From: Octopus vulgaris
Lineage: Eukaryota
DNA length: 64,000 bases
Reading direction: 5' to 3'
Assembly: GCA_951406725.2 (NCBI GenBank)
Contig: OX597815.1
Span: 211,792,001 to 211,856,000 of the forward strand
Shown here: positions 43,648 through 57,239 of the stretch, piece by piece
Layout of the letters: the number at the start of each line of letters is the position of its first letter
Position numbering within the stretch: the stretch's first letter is position 1
Made by a program: the position numbers and the translations under genes
The notes under the pieces: generated by a model
Databases searched by the model: none
Seen by the model: the letters and a program-made list of their open reading frames with translations, nothing else
What the model was told of the DNA's origin: nothing

Positions 43648-43731
43648 ATGTATGTATGTATGTATGTAGATACATGTATAAATAGATACATGTATATAGA
43701 TACATGTATATAGATACATGTATATAGATAC

Positions 43732-43778
<47 letters not shown>

Positions 43779-43780
<2 letters not shown>

Positions 43781-44342
43781 GCGAACTGGCAGAATCGTTT
43801 GCACGCCGGGCGAAATGCTTAGCGGTATTTCGTCTGCCGCTACGTTCTGAGTTCAAATTCTGCCGAGGTCGACTTTGCCTTTCATCCTTTCGGGGTCGAT
43901 TAAATAAGTACCAGTTACGCACTGGGGTCGATGTAATCGACTTAATCCCTTTGTCTGTCCTTGTTTGTCCTCTCTGTGTTTATCCCCATGTGGGTAGTAA
44001 AGAAATATGTATTTCGTCTGCCGTTAGGTTGTAGGTTCAAATTCCGCCGAGGTCCACTTTGCTTTTCATCCTTTCGGGGTCGATTAAATAAGTACCAGTT
44101 ACGCACTGGGTTCGATATAATCGACTTAATCCGTTTATCTGTTCTTGTTTGTCCTCTCTGTGTTTAGCTCCTTGTGGGTAGTAAAGAAATAGGTATTTCG
44201 TCTGTCGCTACGTTCTGAGTTCAAATTCCGCCGAGGTCGACTTTGCCTTTCATCCTTTCGGAGTCGATTAAATAATTACCACTTATGACTGGACTCGATG
44301 TAATCGACTTAATGTTTAGCCCCTTGTGGGCAATAAAGAAAT
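43779..44342 (+). mobile_element. SINE family B, one head plus three tandem body units
   Basis: The unit TATTTCGTCTG...TTCAAATTC.GCCGAGGTC...TAAAGAAAT repeats at about 43827, 44010 and 44194. Confidence 0.9.
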
Positions 44343-47126
44343 GTATATGTGTGTGTGTCTTTGTGTTATCCAACCTGATCCACTTGACATATAGTGTTGG
44401 TTTCTTTACGCTTCCGTAACTTAACAGTTCGAAATAAGAGGTCAACAGAATACGTCCCAGAGATTAAAATAGGTACCGGGTTCGGTCTGCTTGACTAAAC
44501 CTTTCAAGGCCTTTTGATGGAACAAATAAAAGAATACTAATAGATTGACGCTGATTTTCTTACCACATCCTTTGGGAACAGACTTTTGAAAATGTACCCA
44601 GCCATATCAGTTCACGCTCTTTTATAACGCAAAACAATGAGATATTTGCCCTATTGATCCACTAACCGACCATCCGCAATACATATTCACCCGTATGTTC
44701 TGTTTTCTCGATTATGTTATGTAATAACTATTCAATGTTCTTCTATATCTTATTAATTTCGAATAAACACTCGGAACAGTGTACCCCTTATTTTCTTTGG
44801 AGTCATTACTTAAAACCAGACTATCGCATTTCAGGGAAATATTTCACTGAATAATTTGTTACAATTTTCACAGAAGTATTAATATGTGACTTTGACACCC
44901 ATAACACCGTAAATATGTCACAGTTGCAGTTGGTGGAATTCTGTAAAGGGTAGAATTTCAGGCTAAGTACACTATGGTTTACATTATGTTACCCCCAGAC
45001 ACACTGTTTTGTATGTATGCCTTACGGCGCTCAAGTTCTCACAAGCTCATTCCAGCTAGCGTAGCTGTACTAATGATTAGGTACAGCTTAGTTTTACCAG
45101 GAGCCAAGGCACTGTCCCATTAGCTTAGAATACCGAATATCCTAAGAGATATGGGTCACAGTGGAAGCACTCTGACTGGGGTCGAGGTTATCATTCAGTT
45201 AATTTTGTTGCCGCCTTAACTCAATCGTGTTATTTTTCTGGTATTTTATTTATTTATACTCTTTGTTTGTCGAGGCGCGTGGCTTAGTGGTTAGGGTGCT
45301 AGAATCATAATCGTAAGATTGTGGTTTCGATTCCTAAACCAGAGATGCGTTGTTTTTTAGCTTCATTTCACATTGCTCTCCTCCCCACAGTTCGCAAAAT
45401 GCGTAATATGATGAAGTCGTGATAGGCCTGGGAAGCTGGCAATGGGTTGTACATTTTTCTAAGGAACAAAATCTAAGGGACTTCTCGGCTGATGGGCCTT
45501 AGCCTATATGTTATTTGTAAATATCGTATTTCCATTTGGCTAGCTCCATTAGGCTGTGATGAAGTTTTAATGAACGAAACTGATGAATATCTAATTTAAA
45601 TTTTTTAGTTTATATTTCATGTCTTTCCACGTTGCAAGTTCAAATCTCTTCACAGTTAATTTTGTCGTTCATCCATCCGAACTACATAAAGAACCAGTCG
45701 TAGAATGCTTTTGATCCAATCAACAGAGCAACTTGCTTATTGAATATTCAATACTCCCGCCTTGTACTTTTAACATTAACTTCAGATAGAGTCACTGAGT
45801 GACAAGGCTAGACGTTCCAATTACATGTAGAGTCCGTTCTTTGAGCTTCCACACAGTTTCCGTAAACACAGTTTGAACCAAAGGCTTGAAACGACCCAGA
45901 ACTATGACAGAAAATATTTTTCCGATGTGCTTCGCTCAAGGAATCGAAATTATTACCTTTTGATTAACGAAGTACACTTCTTAGACACTTAGCCATATTT
46001 TTGCAATGCAAAAGTTGTGATGGTTGCAAAACATCATAGCTCTTCTCCTAAATCATAGCACTTTTGTGCATAGCGAACAAAATATCTTACATGTCGACCC
46101 AAGAAGCCTCTGCATAGTTTCTCTATTATCTAGAAAGAGGTGGTGAATATTTCGCTAATCATATTTTATCAAACGTCTTAGATAATGTGGTCTTAAATAC
46201 AACTTGTTTTGATCAAATATTGAATATTGAATATTTGGCCAAATATTTCCTTCAGTATAATTTTATAGTTTTGTTTTTGCTTCTCTTTAATTTATTAAAT
46301 TTTTCTCATTTTTAAAAAATATTTTATTAACATAAGCAGTATCTGTAACAACAAGGAAGGCGTACACCAAGGAAAGCTAAAAAAGGGGATAAAGATGAAA
46401 CCAATGACTGCTCAGCCAAATGTATCCATTATCCAACTAACGTTGAATAATATAGTCCTAGCTTTGGCCATGGTTTGGATGCATTTGTTCATAGTCTGTT
46501 AATTCAGGACTGATTACAAGGGGCTATATGAAAACAGCACCAATATCAAGGGTAACTTCAAGGATGATGATGATAACAATGAGGTTGATTTCTAAACCAG
46601 ATCTGTATTGTCTCTAAACAACACAAGACAGGAAAGAATTATCTCGGCAAAGACATGAAACAATAGTTGTTATTACAAGCATCTCCTCTCTCTCTCTCTC
46701 TCCCCTCCCTCACTCCCTAAACTCTCTCTCTCTCTCTCTGAAAACACACATATTTATTATTGTATAACATGTTCAGTTTTTATATATCCAGCTTCAATTT
46801 GTTGTTGATATTGCTGCTGGTGTTTCTTCACCTTTTACACAAAACCCTCAAGAGATAATGAGAATAACAATATCAATGTCAAAACTAATAGAGTATATTT
46901 GTTATTGTTGCTACTTTCTTCCAGTAAAAAATCAGGTCCTTGTTTTTGTTAGTTTCAGATAAATAGGGGCGACATGCCCCTCTGCGCATTCTGTCCAAAT
47001 GTGCTTTGTGTTATTAAATATGGAAATTGGAATGTGTTTTTATTTCATTGCAGCATACCTATATATATATATGTGTGTGTGTGTGTGTATTATGTGTATA
47101 TATATATATATATACATATACATACC

Positions 47127-47157
<31 letters not shown>

Positions 47158-47222
47158 ATTATGTGTATATGTGTATATATATATACATATACATATACAT
47201 ATATATATGTGTGTGTGTATTA

Positions 47223-47254
<32 letters not shown>

Positions 47255-47267
47255 AATACATATACAT

Positions 47268-47324
<57 letters not shown>

Positions 47325-48929
47325 CATACATATATATATATGTATTATGTTTATATATATATATATATACATATATACATTTATATATATAAATACATAT
47401 ATATAGGTATGTATATATATGTGTGTATGTGTGTATGTGTGTGTGTGTATTATGTATGTATGTATGTATTAATATGCCTACACGAGTGAGTTTAAAATCT
47501 TACACTGTCCACTCAATTAACAGACAACATTTTCTCTTTGGGATCGTTAAAATCTTGTCGACAAACAAAGGAGATCTCTCCAATATTGTTAATGAACTAA
47601 AATTTCGGAGAAGACAGAAAATGTTGCATGGAATAGGATGTATTCCTTAAGCTAAACGGTGTAAAACAATGACATGTTTGGGTTGATCAGAGCTCCTTGC
47701 CATTCACTAAGATTAATCAATGTGTATGTGTGGGGGGTGAATGCTCAAATGTTCCATCACTGAACTACCTGCTCATTGAATTAACGTAGAACTGACTGGA
47801 TAATCCACAGACAAGTTTACGCTTACAGAACCCTATATAGGAAACAAATGTTTGGCAGAGAAAACAGTTGTCATTCTTCAGTATAATGCTGTTTTAGTAA
47901 CTGAAATATATTTAATTAAGTTCTCATTGGGTTTCTCAATAGTTTTGCCAACGATAATAATATCGTCAGAGTAGGCGTGAACTTTTTGATATTATTGTTG
48001 TTAATGATACCATCCATAATTCTTTGACAGGTTCTTACAGTGTTTGCCTACAGAAAGAGTAACCTTGTAAATTGCAATAAGCCTCCATCAGCTATAAGTG
48101 CACTGTACCTCCTACCGTTATCGTAGGGTGGAATATCACAGTGTACACGTTTCAGATTTAGATTACTTCAGAATTTATTGTTAGAAACGGAACGTTCGAG
48201 ATGTTTGTGATTAAGAATTGCACAGGGACCCAGAAAGCCTTACACCACTGATGTTGGTGTTAGGCTTGCCGTTGGTGTAAGTGCGGTCTTTGTGATATGG
48301 AAAGATGGCACATCTGGAAAAGCAGCTTAGACCCCGCTACATGTCTAAATTCAAGTACTGAACTTTTTGGATCATGTCCACACATGGCTAAATATTTCTT
48401 ACGTTTTTGATCCCCCACTAAGATCACAGATAGAACCTGCTTTTTATATTGTATCCATCTACAAGCATTTTATCTCTCTATATTTTTTATGTATTTTTAC
48501 ATATTTTTATATATATGCTTTTTATACATTTTTTATTGCTTTATATATTTTTGCATATTTTTTCTGCATATTACCTTTCACCCTGCTTTTTGTGCATGTG
48601 CGTATATAGACGTGTATATGAACATATTTGTGCGCGTATGGGTATATATACGTGTGTGTGTGTGTGTGTGTGTGTGTACGGATGCGTATATGTGTACATG
48701 TGTATGGCTGCAGATATATATATACATATAAGTGTGTTTGAAGCTGTGCATGTAAGTATTTCACGCGAGTGTGAATGAGCATATGCATATATAGCAGATT
48801 TCCACCCCGACATCCGAAACTCGGAGTTTTATTATGGCAACCGAATAATTGTCACATATTATTTTACTGATGAATTCCTCTATTTACATATCGAGGTCTC
48901 ATTCTTTTGTTATCATACTATTACTATTA

Positions 48930-48985
<56 letters not shown>

Positions 48986-49292
48986 TGGAACATACGAGAA
49001 TCATGTATGTATGTATGTATGTATATATGTATGTATGTATGTATGTATGCACAATATGTTGGAACTCAACACGTTCTTTTCATTCTCTATTCATTCTCTC
49101 TTACTCCTCTCTGTTGAAGAGCGTAGGCTCGAAACGTGGAAGACTTTTCCATTTTTCCCGAGCGTCAAACTAACACACGTAGACCACCTATGATCTTACC
49201 ACTAACAACGGCTTGTTCTCAAGAAAATTTAGCAAATGCCAGATCGTAATCGAGCAAGACAAATGAAAAGATACAAGATATAAAGATTAATC

Positions 49293-49354
49293 ACAAACCT
49301 GGTTTCGTTGTTACCACTTATGTAATTACATAATTGTCCACAACTCATCAGTGT
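49293..49354 (-). ncRNA. Candidate type-I hammerhead ribozyme with intact core
   Basis: Minus strand ACA-CUGAUGA-GUUG...CAAC-GAAAC-CAG-GUU-UGU: stem I 3 bp, stem II 4 bp, minimal stem III, NUH = GUU. Confidence 0.6.
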
Positions 49355-49467
49355 TCGAACACTTTTGAAAGATAACCGAAAATGTAATTGGTAGAACTGT
49401 ATACATGTTCAATCTCATGCGGACGTCTCGTGTATAGTTCTGCAAATTATATTTTGCTATGACGATG

Positions 49468-49533
49468 ACACTGATGAGTTGCGGACAATTACGCAAGTAA
49501 TTACATTAGTGGTAACAACGAAATCAGTTTTGT
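49468..49533 (+). ncRNA. Degenerate hammerhead copy, inverted partner of 49293
   Basis: ACA-CUGAUGA-GUUG...CAAC-GAAAU-CAG-UUU-UGU; stem III broken. Confidence 0.45.
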
Positions 49534-49865
49534 GATTATCTATATATTTTGTATCTTTTCATTTGTCTTGGTCGCTTACGTTCTAGCGTTTGCTAAATTT
49601 TCTTGAGAACAATCCTTTCTTAGTGGTAAGACCTTGTCAACACCTATGTTTACATGAGCACATATGTTTATGCATACTAGTACACATGCGTTGACGTGCA
49701 CATGCATACATACTTATCTATACATACAGACATATGTATGTATATATATGTAGACATGTAAACGTACGCAAACACACTTACATACACATACACCCTCACT
49801 CAACCACCTCCCTCCCCCCACAAGTTCATATATATATATATATATATATGTATGTAGGCATGTAC

Positions 49866-49921
<56 letters not shown>

Positions 49922-50603
49922 ATATATATAGGTCAAATTTACAGAAAACAGAAGACGAAGGTAGGTGAGGGAATAACAAGCAGGTGTACTAGTTTGATGC
50001 TGGGAAGAATGGGAAAATATTTGACGTTTCGAGCACACGCTCTTTGACAGAAAGGACTGAGAGTGGGGAAATACTGAAAGAGAGAGAACGAAAAAACAAC
50101 TCAGAAAAAATGAGTGGGGTTTAACGGTTCAACATGACGAAATGACCAGAAGAAAGGGGCTGAGTGAAAGGGAGATAATAACGGTAACCCGGCTGAGCTA
50201 GGGTGCACAAGCGCGTGTGTGTAAACGAGAATGGTGCATGTGAATGGGTACGTGTGTATGTGGGTGAACGCGTGTGAATGTATGTATGGGCAAGCTTAAA
50301 ATTATGTGGGCCTTTGTGTGCGTATGAGAATCTGTGTGTATATGTGTATAATTAACTTAGTGCGTGCATTTTGTGGAGTGATGTGCGTTTTGTGTATTTG
50401 TGAGTGTGTGTATGTGTGTGTGTGTGTGCATGTGCGTATATGTGTGTGAGGCTGTCGCACATGTGTGTGAGCGTATGCAAACGCTTGGGCCAGTGTGTGT
50501 GCGTATGGGAGCGTATGTGTATATGTGTATAAGTAATTTTGTGCGTGCGTTGTGTGGAGTGACGTGCATTTCGGGTATTTGTGATGCATGTAAAAATGAG
50601 ACT

Positions 50604-50679
50604 ACATACATACATACATACATACACACACACATACATACATACATACATACATACACACACACATACATACATACAT

Positions 50680-50712
<33 letters not shown>

Positions 50713-50740
50713 TACATACATACATACATACATACATACA

Positions 50741-50771
<31 letters not shown>

Positions 50772-51136
50772 CATACATACATACACACACACACATACGT
50801 ACATACATACATACATACATACATACACACACATACATACACACATACATACATACATACATACATACACATACATACATACATACATACATACACATAC
50901 ACACATACATACATACACACACACACACACATACATACACACATACATACACGCATACATACACACATACATACACACATACACACATACATACACACAT
51001 ACACACATACATACATACATACATACATACACACATACACACACACATACATACATACACACATACATACACACATACATACACACATACATACATACAC
51101 ACATATACACACACATACATACATACATACATACAT

Positions 51137-51167
<31 letters not shown>

Positions 51168-51188
51168 TACATACATACATACATACAT
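50604..51188. repeat. (CATA)/(CA) microsatellite
   Basis: Direct reading. Confidence 0.95.
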
Positions 51189-51818
51189 TGGCCCCACTGT
51201 ACCCGCAATCTTTGGTCTGAAACAACTACAAAACCGAATATATGGCTCCGACCCAACATGGTTTCAATTCTCTGGCTAAAAATAGTACAGAATTTATAAA
51301 CAACAATAAATGATATATAATATTTAGCTTGTATTTTCTGAATACATTAGAAATGTAAACCTCTACTGGTTTAATTGTTACGATAAGTCAATGTGTACTT
51401 ATCTACTTCTAAATGTTAGTAATTACACATTTATGTGATCTGGTATTTCACACAGAGAAAGGCAACAATTTTCCAATTTAACATTCATAAAAACAAGTTT
51501 GTTGTAACTGTGTTGTGGATGTAGTGTTATGCAAATGTTCTCGAAAAAAATTCTTGCAGGAAATATTGCTGAAAAAAAAAGACAAAATCAGCGCTTGTAA
51601 CTTGACAGAATTATGATATGCCGTTCAGGTGAAATGTGTCTTGATAAAACTATATCAATCGTAGACGACGATGGGTTCCATTGGATTTTTAATCTGATTG
51701 ATATGTCTAGCACTAGCTTTATAAACAAGACTTCAACGACGTCTGGTTTCTTTTCAGCAGAGGAATTCAAACAGGAAAATTTCAAACTGACTTTGAATTG
51801 ATGTTTATAGAGCCAATG

Positions 51819-52200
51819 TGGAGGCGCAATGACCCAGTGTTTAGGGCTTTGGACTCGCGGTCGTAGGATCGCGGTTTCGATTCCCAGACCAGGCGTTGTG
51901 AGTGTTTATTGAACGAAAACACCTAAAGCTCAACGAGGCTCCAACAGGGAATGGTAACGAACCCTGCTGTACTCTTTCACCACAACTTTCTCTCACTTTT
52001 TCTTCCTGTTTCTGTTGTACCTGTATTTCATTGGGCCAGCCTTGTCACACTCTGGATCTCTCTGAATCTCCCCGAGAACTACGATAAAGGTACACGTGTC
52101 TGTGGAGTGATCAGCCACTTACACCTTAATTTCACGAGCAGGCTGTTCCTTTGATCGGATCAACAGGAAAACTCGTCATCGCAAACGATGGAGTGCTACA
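51819..52200 (+). mobile_element. tRNA-Arg-like SINE, head H1 + tail T1
   Basis: Colinear with 5062; 12-bp TSD ATAGAGCCAATG at 51807-51818 and 52201-52212. Confidence 0.92.
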
Positions 52201-52336
52201 ATAGAGCCAATGCCAGACTTAGAGGTTCTGCGCTCTCATTGGTGCAATTAACCGGTGAAAAGTGCTTAACTACAACAATTTGACCTGTTTCGATAAGGAT
52301 CATTACACTTGTTAAATGGTGTGTGTGTATGGATAT

Positions 52337-52566
52337 ACTCTTTAACTCTTCACCTCTTTAACTTGTTTCGGTCATGTGACTGTTGCCATGCTGGAGCACC
52401 GCCTTTCGTTGAGCATATCGACCCCAGGATTTATTCTTTGGAAGCCTAGTACTTATTCTATCGGTCTCTTATGCCTAAGCGCTAGGTTACGTAAACACAC
52501 CACCATCGTTTGTCAAGCGATGTTGGGGGACAAACACAGACACACAAACATATACACACACATACT

Positions 52567-52598
<32 letters not shown>

Positions 52599-52763
52599 CA
52601 TATATACGACGGGCTTCTTTCAGTTTCCGTCTACCAATTCCACTCACACGGCTTTGGTCGGCCCGAGGCTATAGTAGAAGATACTTGCCCAAGGTGCTAC
52701 GCGGTGAGACTGAACCCGGAACCATGTCGTTCGTAAGCAAGCTACTTACCACACAGCCACTCC
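52337..52763 (-). mobile_element. SINE family A
   Basis: Reverse-complement of family A. Confidence 0.9.
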
Positions 52764-52957
52764 TATGTATATATTTTTAAAATGTTAGAATTTACAAACA
52801 CCATCTCCAAAGAACAGAATAATTCTAAAGAGTACGAAAGTTGAACTGGCTTTCTTTCTGAAACAGTCATCAGTGGGGTATTGCGAACTGAATTCTGTGT
52901 CTTAATCTTTATTATGGAATAGAGTAGATTTAATTATCAAGCAATGCTAGCGGTAGA

Positions 52958-53052
<95 letters not shown>

Positions 53053-53352
53053 TATTTATACTATATATATTATATATATCATATATTATACATATATATA
53101 TATTATAAATATTATATATACAGGGAGAGATCGTTAGATACATACATACATACAATCATACCTACATACATACATACATACATACATATGCACATCGGAG
53201 ATATTATATAGTAAGCTGACTTCTCTGATCTACTCTGAAGATTTCCTGAAAAAGGTGTCCTAACCCCAAAATATTAAAATATAAAGTAAACGTACAAAAA
53301 GTTGTCTTGTATCATTATAACTCGCATTGTTTTCACTTCCCAACAATAAAAC

Positions 53353-53422
<70 letters not shown>

Positions 53423-54161
53423 CACGCTTACGTACATGTATATAAACACACATGCATGAATATATATATTTGAATATATATGTATATGTGTATATATGTG
53501 CATATATATGTACGCATGTTTTTATATACAAATGATGGATATATGTTTGTGTGTGTATGTGTGAGAGAGAGAGATAGACAAAGAGATAAGAAATTCAATA
53601 ATTCATTTGAAAATAGTAAAATGGCCTAAACGCCTCATTTATTTACTTTATTCACAATTAGTTTTCAACCCGTGGGCTCAATTCGAATGTCATTAGTGTC
53701 AAGTTTACCACTCATTAGTCCCAAGTTAATAATTCATAATCTAAATCTTAGAATGACATTAGAATTACCTCCGGAGTTGACTATATACTTCTCTTTTAAA
53801 ATACATATTAAAGGAAACTGGTAATTAAAATTTCACTCAATATTTTTATTTTGCCCTTGAGAGTAATTAGACTTCAACGCTCAGAATTAATTCCGTCAAT
53901 GAGGAAACCTATGCATGGTCGCTTGATCAGCTAGAAATGGCATCAAAATATTGCTTAAAACATATTCTACCGTGTTAGACATGGAAACACAAATTCGATA
54001 ATGCATACTTAAATATTCTGAAATAACAACATGATGGTCACAGTTGAAACAACTTTGATCATTGATCTACTCCTCAGAGTTGACTAAAACACCACTGACA
54101 ACAACAACAATAATTACATCTCAGCTACTCCACTCTTTATGAGTGGCTAAATTAAGTATTA

Positions 54162-54400
54162 ATCTCTTTATTGCCCACAGGGGGGCTAAACGTAGAGGGG
54201 ACGAATAGGGACAGACAAAGGGATTAAGTCGATTACATCGACCCCAGTGCGGTCGATTAAATAAGTGGTACTTATTTAATCGACCCCAAAAGGATGAAAG
54301 GCAAAGTCGACCTCGGCGGAATTTGAACTCAGAACGTAAAGACATGAAATGTCGTTAAACAATTTGTCCGACGTGCTAACGATTCTGCCAGCTCGCTGCC
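54162..54400 (-). mobile_element. SINE family B
   Basis: Reverse-complement of the 43779 unit. Confidence 0.88.
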
Positions 54401-54710
54401 GTCATATGCAGGAAATATTAAATACTGCTATTGCTTGTAGAGAGGTTTACTAAAACAAGATTCAAGTTCCTGATAAATAGAATCTGCGATGTTGATGTGA
54501 TTAACGTAAGAATATTTCCCTTGCACAACTCACACAATTTGGAAAAGCATTAAAAATGGGAACATACTATTTCTTATTTCTTTGAAAAATGATAACAAAT
54601 ACAAAATAAACCAATACTTTTTTTCTTAATTTGTTTATTATTGATTGCAATAATTAAGAGTTTATATCTCGACAAATTGAACCTACAACCTAATGTACAA
54701 GCATATGCAA

Positions 54711-55220
54711 CTATTTCTTTATTACCCACAAGGGGATAAACACAGAGGGGACAAACAAGGACAGAAAAAGGGATTAAGTCGATTACATCGACCCCAATGC
54801 GTAACTGGTACTTATTTAATCGACCTCGAAAGGATGAAAGGCAAAGTCGACCTCGGCGGAATTTGAACTCTGAACGTAACAGCAGACGAAATACCGCTAA
54901 GCATTTAGTGTTTCACTGGTACTTAATTTTTCGACACCAAAAGGATGAAAAGCAAAGTCGACCTCGGCGGAATTTGAACTCAGAATGTAATGGCAGACGA
55001 AATACCTATTTCTTTACTACCCACAAGGCTACCACAGAGGGGACAACGTATTAAGTCAATTATATTGACCCCAGTGCGTAACTGGTACTTATTTAATTGA
55101 CCCCGAAAGGATGAAAGGCAAAGTCGACCTCGGCGGAATTTGAACTCAGAACGTAACGGCAGACGAAATACGGCTACGTATTTCGCTCGGCGTGCTAACG
55201 TTTCTGCCAGCTCGCCGCCT
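54711..55220 (-). mobile_element. SINE family B with three tandem body units
   Basis: GCAAAGTCGACCTCGGCGGAATTTGAACTC occurs three times (about 54841, 54952, 55118). Confidence 0.9.
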
Positions 55221-56182
55221 TAGCATATGCAACCATACCATTTCATAAAAACCGCTATGGCCACTGGGGAAGGCATGTTTGCCACAACAATTGTTGAATA
55301 CACTTATGTAAATCTATGTCCTTATTGCAAACAATATTCACGCACACATACACATACACAACGCATTATTTTCTTTCTTTTTTTTCAGTTTACTACTCAG
55401 GTTTTATTTCCGCCTGGTTTGCTATATTTACACATGTGCTGAATGACAATTTGCAAAGATTTAAATAAAGAAATTTGAAGTTGCCAAAGATAACTTCTGT
55501 TTATGTGGTAAGACTATTGCGCCTCAACAGTATTTGTAACAGACACACCACTTCACTACCAGAAAGAGAAAAATAGAGTGAAAGCGAGAGTAAAACAGTA
55601 ATAATATCCAAGACTGCCGTTCTTTGTTAATATTAGAAGATGGCTGGCACTTGTATTACAATGGGACAGACTAACTGTGAGCTTATTTAACGCTTGGTAG
55701 AGAAACATCGAATTCTTTGTCTCGCGAAAACTATATTAAGAACAGCGGGAAAAGTACCATACGCGCAGAATTGTTTTGGTTGTGATATTTAAATAAAAAA
55801 CGAAAAGAAATTCATTTTCTTCCAATGAAAACACAAGAAAATTAAAAGAAACTGTTTAGTTTGAAAGAACAGAAAGTAAATTAAACCAAAGTATTGCAAA
55901 CAATGGAAACATTCTCCTTATTGAACTATTGTGCATTAAAACAAAACCAGCCTGCGGCACTTTCAATAGATGTTTAGATTAAAATCATTAAAGGCAAGCA
56001 CATTGCTTTACAATTCGACCAGACCAGTTAACTTCACTTGAAGGCTATAAAAGAACAAACGAACGATCAAGATCGTAGAAATAATCATTACAGAGGATAA
56101 CGTTAAAGAAAAGGACGGTTACAAGAGCAACGACCGAAATAGTAAAACATCACGTCGACATATGAATATACATGTGTTGTTA

Positions 56183-56575
56183 TTACTCACACAAGAGCAA
56201 CCTAGATCGCATCCGTGTGCAGTCCATCCATCTGATTAGCAATGAGTTATCTTTGCATTTCGATATCTTATCCACATATGTGCTGCCTCCTCTTATCTTG
56301 TCCCTTCTGTCGCTATTACAATAACATCTGCTCCTTTGAGCATAAATTTGCATATGACAGCCACCCAAACACATCTGACATTCCTGCCGTTACTTCTTTT
56401 GTCACATGTGATGTGTGAGACGTCCTGAGTTGCCTCAGTAACCATTATCTCCTTTCTTTCCACGAAAGAATGGTTCCTTTACTCTGGAATTAATTATCCG
56501 CACAAGACTGGGTTTTTTTTTCCTGAATGCGAGACAGACAAATGTTCAATATGAACGTCAACCATCTGGGTAGGG
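56183..56575 (+). mobile_element. CR1/L2-like LINE ORF2 C-terminal remnant
   Basis: LDRIRVQSIHLI / FCRYYNNICSFE / LWN*L / QMFNMNVNH resemble LDRVQ..A.RLI / FYRYY.G.CS.EL / LWN.LP / FK..VN. Confidence 0.55.
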
Positions 56576-56761
56576 CATGAACAGATTATAAGCACATCTC
56601 TTCCCCGCTCCTCCACTTGACCGAACTATAAGAAAATACTCCGACAAAATATATTTCATACCATTTTTCTTGTTCTATATGTTTATGTTGGTAGGTATTA
56701 TGAGCGCTTGTATATGCATATGTGATGCACAAACATTCATACATATGCATAAACGTACGTG

Positions 56762-56810
<49 letters not shown>

Positions 56811-56811
<1 letters not shown>

Positions 56812-57021
56812 GGTAAAGACCCCCTTCGGTCATGAATGACCATGGGATTGCACCTAGAAAGTTACCCTCCTAGACACAAGTCTGGGCAAGGTTGTTTATG
56901 GAAGGCCAGCAGTCGCCCATGCATACCAGCCTCCCCTCTCCACGCCACCAGTGTTATCCAAGGGAAAGACAAAGGTCGATACAGCTTGGCACCTGTGACA
57001 TCGCAACTCATTTCTACAGCT
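56811..57021 (-). mobile_element. SINE tail T3 fragment
   Basis: Reverse-complement of about 4541-4747. Confidence 0.85.
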
Positions 57022-57239
57022 ATATATATATATAGGGAGAATTCAAAAAAAAAAAAACAAAAGACGAAGACAGGTGGTGTAGAAAACAAACAGATGTCTT
57101 AGTATAACGCTCGGGAATTGAAAAAGTCTTTAACGTTTCGAGCCTACGCTCCTCTGCAGAGAGGAACACAGAAAGAAACAAGGAGAGAAAAAAAATGTGT
57201 GTAGTGGCTACCGATCTATCATGGCGAATATATATACAT

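Noticed and set aside
43779-44342. Regular repeats as a CRISPR array
   Set aside because: Units are ~180-bp SINE bodies without unique spacers; eukaryotic context and no cas genes.
51588-51801. Short ORFs with faint hAT-like LVLD...WN motif
   Set aside because: Similarity too weak to support without a search.
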